DNA from: Bacillus subtilis subsp. subtilis str. 168
GTDB taxonomy: Bacteria > Bacillota > Bacilli > Bacillales > Bacillaceae
Direction of reading: 5' to 3'
Assembly: GCF_000009045.1 (NCBI RefSeq)
Contig: NC_000964.3
Span: 1,320,001-1,352,000, forward strand
Length of the DNA stretch: 32,000 bases
In this document: one piece after another, positions 28,613 through 32,000 of the stretch
Numbering within the stretch: position 1 is the stretch's first letter
How the letters are laid out: every line of letters starts with the position of its first letter
Notes under the pieces: model-generated
What the model saw: the letters and a program-made list of their open reading frames with translations, nothing else
What the model was told of the DNA's origin: nothing
The model's database searches: none
Made by a program: the position numbers and the translations under genes

Positions 28613-29358
28613 TATCCTTCACCTTCCTCCTCAATTGGCAGCACCAAATCATATATGCTCGTTAATGACGTAAATAGCAAATAATCAAATTCCGTGACAA
28701 TGCTGTCAGACGTCAGCTTGATGACATAGTTCTGTGTCTCGATGGTAAAAGGGATGAGAACCACTTTTCCGTATTGGTCGTAATAAACATCCTTTCGATC
28801 GAGCCGTGTTTGTACATCTGCCGGATCATCCATATGCTCGGTTAACCGGTCTTTATCAGCCTGTGTCGAATAGTGGCAAAGAGAAGCCGTTAAGTTCATT
28901 TTATCAGCATAGGTTTTCAGCAGCTTATCAATACCTTCAGCATAAGCATCTATACTTCCATAATAAACATGGATCGGTTCGTTTTTCAATAGGTATTGGT
29001 ATGTTTTCAGCCGATTGAGATACATGTGGAGCATTTCGTTGTTTTCTTCAAGAATTTCTCTTGTGTCTGTTTCAAGCTCGCTGCCGGCCAGTTTTTTGAC
29101 ATATGCACTTAAGAAGATAAAAGCATCAATCAAAGCAAAACTGACTGCGACAATGAGATACCGTTCCCAGTGGGTAAATAGGGAAGTGGGCTCATATGTC
29201 CAGTATACCATAGCGCCCAGAACAAACAGCAAATACCAAGTTTTCCGAATGGCGGACATTTTTTCTTTGACCTTCGCTTCGAAACGCCACGTGGCATACA
29301 CGTATAACCCCAGTCCGGCCACGATGCACCAGACCATGATCTGAAAGAATAAAACCAT
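28612..29358 (-). CDS. spoIISA: SpoIISA membrane toxin (248 aa)
   Basis: N-terminal TM segments MVLFFQIMVWCIVAGLGLYVYATWRFEAKVKEK and GAF-like cytoplasmic domain. Confidence 0.95.
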   Translation of the reverse strand: MVLFFQIMVWCIVAGLGLYVYATWRFEAKVKEKMSAIRKTWYLLFVLGAMVYWTYEPTSLFTHWERYLIVAVSFALIDAFIFLSAYVKKLAGSELETDTREILEENNEMLHMYLNRLKTYQYLLKNEPIHVYYGSIDAYAEGIDKLLKTYADKMNLTASLCHYSTQADKDRLTEHMDDPADVQTRLDRKDVYYDQYGKVVLIPFTIETQNYVIKLTSDSIVTEFDYLLFTSLTSIYDLVLPIEEEGEG

Positions 29359-29432
29359 ATTCGAATCCCTCACATCTGAAATAGGTTCTGCTTATTGTAT
29401 TCGAGAGATCCGGATGGTTTTCCTGTTCCATC

Positions 29433-29461
29433 AAAAAAACCGCTCCTTTGACAGAAGCGGT
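29433..29461 (-). terminator. Minus-strand terminator after pit: ACCGCT-N11-AGCGGT + TTTTTT
   Basis: Inverted repeat 29439-29444/29456-29461 with T tract on minus strand. Confidence 0.7.
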
Positions 29462-29467
29462 GTGACA

Positions 29468-30469
29468 TTAAAATATCATATTTAAAATAAAGTAGGCGAT
29501 GGCACCAAGTGTCGCTGAAATCGGAAGCGTGATGACCCATGTAATGAGCATTCGCTTGGCCGTACCCCAGTTTACGCCTTTTACGCGGTGGGACGCACCG
29601 ACGCCAAGAATTGATGAAGAAATGACGTGGGTTGTACTGACCGGCAAATGAATAAACGTGGCGCCGAAAATAATGGCTGCTCCGGTTAAGTCAGCGGAAA
29701 CACCGTTTACCGGACGGATTTTCATGATCTTTCCGCCAACGGTTTTGATGATTTTCCAGCCGCCGATTGATGTTCCGAGACCCATGGCTGTCGCGCAGGC
29801 GAATTGCACCCAGGTAGGAATATCATTAGCAGAAGTATGTAAATTCGCTGTGATGAGAGCCATTGTGATAATTCCCATTGCTTTTTGCGCATCGTTTGTT
29901 CCGTGTGTATACGATTGCAGGGCAGCTGTTACAATCTGCACTCTGCGGAATTGCTTATTCGTTTTCGCCAAGTTGCTGTCTTTGAAAATCAGCTTAACGA
30001 TGCTATAAAGAATAAAACCAAGGACAAAGGCAATAATTGGTGATAGAATCAGTGCTTCAATGATTTTAATGAAGCCCTTATAGTTTAACGCTGCAAATCC
30101 GGCTGCCGCAATGGCTGCACCGGCAATAGCGCCGATGATGGCATGGGATGAGCTGCTTGGGATACCGTAGTACCATGTGATAAGGTTCCAGGCAATTGCA
30201 GCGAGTAGCGCAGCCAAAATGACAACAGAGCCATTTTCCAGCGTATAAGGATCTACGATGTCTTTCGTAATGGTTTTGGCAACACCTGTAAACGTCATTG
30301 CTCCGACAAAGTTCATCACAGCAGCCAATATAATGGCATGGCGCGGTTTTAACGCTTTTGTTGATACCGAAGTCGCAATTGCGTTTGCCGTATCATGAAA
30401 CCCGTTGATGAAATCAAACGCCAGAGCACAAATGACTATTAGTATCGTTAATATTAATAGAATATCCAT
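29468..30469 (-). CDS. pit: PiT-family low-affinity inorganic phosphate transporter
   Basis: 333 aa; DFINGFHDTANAIATSVSTKAL and YTHGTNDAQKAMG motifs. Confidence 0.95.
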   Translation of the reverse strand: MDILLILTILIVICALAFDFINGFHDTANAIATSVSTKALKPRHAIILAAVMNFVGAMTFTGVAKTITKDIVDPYTLENGSVVILAALLAAIAWNLITWYYGIPSSSSHAIIGAIAGAAIAAAGFAALNYKGFIKIIEALILSPIIAFVLGFILYSIVKLIFKDSNLAKTNKQFRRVQIVTAALQSYTHGTNDAQKAMGIITMALITANLHTSANDIPTWVQFACATAMGLGTSIGGWKIIKTVGGKIMKIRPVNGVSADLTGAAIIFGATFIHLPVSTTHVISSSILGVGASHRVKGVNWGTAKRMLITWVITLPISATLGAIAYFILNMIF

Positions 30470-30481
30470 TTTTACCCCTCG

Positions 30482-31099
30482 TTACGCGTTTTTCATAATG
30501 ATGGTTTCAAGATTATTGGCAACACTTTGACAAGAGTCGGCGATTTCTTCAAGCGTTTCGTATATTTCACGATATTGAATGACTTTGATTGGATCTGTTT
30601 CATTTCCGAAAAGATTCTTTAATGATTTTCTGTGCAAGTTGTCACAACTGTGCTCATACTCTTTAATTTTGATTGCGTGAGGCTGAATATCCTTTAAGCG
30701 ATTTTCTGCCAGCAGCTCGATCGTAATCAAAATCTCTTTCGCACATTCTCTGATATATCCGCTGAATTTATCAATATGCTCGTCTGATGAAGTAATTGAG
30801 AAAATCTCCATCATGGCAGAGAAATGTTCGATTCCGTCAAGCACATCATCCAAGCTGTTTGTCAGCTGAAGGATATCTTCGCGCTCAATAGGAGTGATGA
30901 ACGCTTTGTTAAGCTCTTTAATCATGACATGAACATGATTGTCACCTTTTGTTTCATATTCCTTTAACGTATCTGCAAATTCTTTAAGAGTCGTTTGGTT
31001 AGTGACCTTAAAATTCACAAAATATTCTGCAGTTTCGTCTATGTTCTTTGCAATTTCTGTTAAAAGGAGTGAGAACTTATCTTTTTTTCTTCTTATCAT
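30482..31099 (-). CDS. ykaA: DUF47 (PhoU-like) protein YkaA
   Basis: ~205 aa from MIRRKKDKFSLLLTEIAKNIDETAEYFVNF; immediately upstream of pit. Confidence 0.9.
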   Translation of the reverse strand: MIRRKKDKFSLLLTEIAKNIDETAEYFVNFKVTNQTTLKEFADTLKEYETKGDNHVHVMIKELNKAFITPIEREDILQLTNSLDDVLDGIEHFSAMMEIFSITSSDEHIDKFSGYIRECAKEILITIELLAENRLKDIQPHAIKIKEYEHSCDNLHRKSLKNLFGNETDPIKVIQYREIYETLEEIADSCQSVANNLETIIMKNA

Positions 31100-31342
31100 T
31101 AAAAACCCTCCATAGTTTGAATGAACAATGCACACATCAAATTATTATATAGCCTTTTGTCGAAAAAAAACAGGTAAAGTCGAAAAAAACGTATCTTGAC
31201 TTTTTTGATAAATCGTGTCTCCTTATTTTGACCTACTTCGCTTTAAAAAAACGACCCAAGTTTGCAAAAACTTTCTGCTTAACGTAAAAAGTATATCAAA
31301 AGTTGTGTTTTTCCTGTCAACTTTTATCTTCTGTTTCACCAA

Positions 31343-31373
31343 AAAACGGTTCCCTAAACAAGGGAACCGTTTT
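31343..31373. terminator. Hairpin AAAACGGTTCCCT-aaaca-AGGGAACCGTTTT, terminator of steT
   Basis: 13-bp perfect inverted repeat with T tract on minus strand. Confidence 0.85.
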
Positions 31374-31374
31374 A

Positions 31375-32000
31375 TCAGCTTGCTTTTCGTTTTTTCATCC
31401 CGTAATAAACAGGCAGTCCGGCAAGGCCGATGAGGATGGATAATCCGCAGCTCATTGTATCTGTAATGAGTGTGCTGCCTAACACAAAGAAGGAGCCCGC
31501 GATTGCCAGAATTGGCATAAATGGATAAAGCGGAACACTGTAGGCGCGCTTTTCTCCCTTTGCTCGCTTGCGGAGAATAAACACTGCAAAAAAGGCCATC
31601 ACATAAAAAATGTAGATCATGAAAATGGAGATTTCTGAGAGCTTATCAGGGTTGCTGATCAGCATCATAATCAAAGCCAAAGCAATTTGAAAAGAAATCG
31701 CAATCCATGGTGTGCGGAACGACGGGTGTACATGTGACAGTTTTTCAGCAAATGGAAGCTGTTTGCGTTCCGCCATTGCAAATGAAACACGCGGGAAAGA
31801 AAGCACCTTTCCATTTAAGCACCCAAAGATGCTGACGATAATCCCTACACTGATCAGCTTTCCGCCAATTGAACCGAACAGCATGGTTGCAGCGGTGCTT
31901 GTCGCATTTTCACCAAGCGTGACAATTTCGTTCGCTGACAGGATGTGAAGCAATGCAAAATTAATGAAAATATAGATCGCCGTTACAATTAATAATCCGC
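31375..32000 (-). CDS. steT: Amino-acid permease, serine/threonine exchanger SteT (YkbA), 3' part, truncated by window end
   Basis: APC-family: SANEIVTLGENATSTAATMLFGSIGGKLISVGIIVSIFGCLNGKVLSFPRVSFAMA; frame stays open to 32000. Confidence 0.88.
   Translation of the reverse strand, partial: GLLIVTAIYIFINFALLHILSANEIVTLGENATSTAATMLFGSIGGKLISVGIIVSIFGCLNGKVLSFPRVSFAMAERKQLPFAEKLSHVHPSFRTPWIAISFQIALALIMMLISNPDKLSEISIFMIYIFYVMAFFAVFILRKRAKGEKRAYSVPLYPFMPILAIAGSFFVLGSTLITDTMSCGLSILIGLAGLPVYYGMKKRKAS

Noticed and set aside
29358-29373. Upstream start for SpoIISA at 29373 (MRDSNMVLFF...)
   Set aside because: SD TGAGGG is well spaced for ATG at 29358, giving the expected 248-aa toxin.
31215-31433. 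72-aa plus-strand ORF between ykaA and steT
   Set aside because: Runs through the steT terminator hairpin and into steT antisense; low-complexity F/K/L-rich, most likely non-coding.

Overview
The window is almost entirely the defective prophage PBSX of a Bacillus subtilis-type chromosome. Left edge: the 3' end of a manganese-catalase gene (yjqC-like). Then come the immunity/early region (xkdA, xre, xkdB, xkdC and small ORFs, xtrA, xpf), the late operon (terminase xtmA/xtmB, portal, capsid, myovirus-type sheath/tube, tail chaperone, tape measure, baseplate, tail fibre) and the lysis cassette (xepA, xhlA, xhlB, xlyA). To the right lie the SpoIIS toxin-antitoxin locus (including two short ORFs absent from the supplied track), pit, a DUF47 gene (ykaA) and the 3' part of steT. 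The overall system is known. The most informative sub-gene observations are: (1) an in-phase A AAA AAC slippery heptamer at the last sense codons of xkdN, giving a 60-codon -1 extension, as in tail-assembly-chaperone frameshifts; (2) an apparent non-canonical ATC start codon for the tape-measure gene xkdO with an excellent Shine-Dalgarno; (3) four evenly placed GATACA-N3-TGTATC-like Xre operators overlapping divergent promoters; (4) terminator-like hairpins inside the late operon, including a strong one between xkdM and xkdN; (5) an exact 123-nt (41-aa) periodic repeat and a CCCDCC cysteine cluster in the tape measure; (6) a 45-aa third SpoIIS ORF whose stop codon lies inside the xlyA terminator hairpin. 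I found no CRISPR array, tRNA or IS element. Gene symbols come from recalled PBSX/B. subtilis 168 gene order and protein character, not from a database search.
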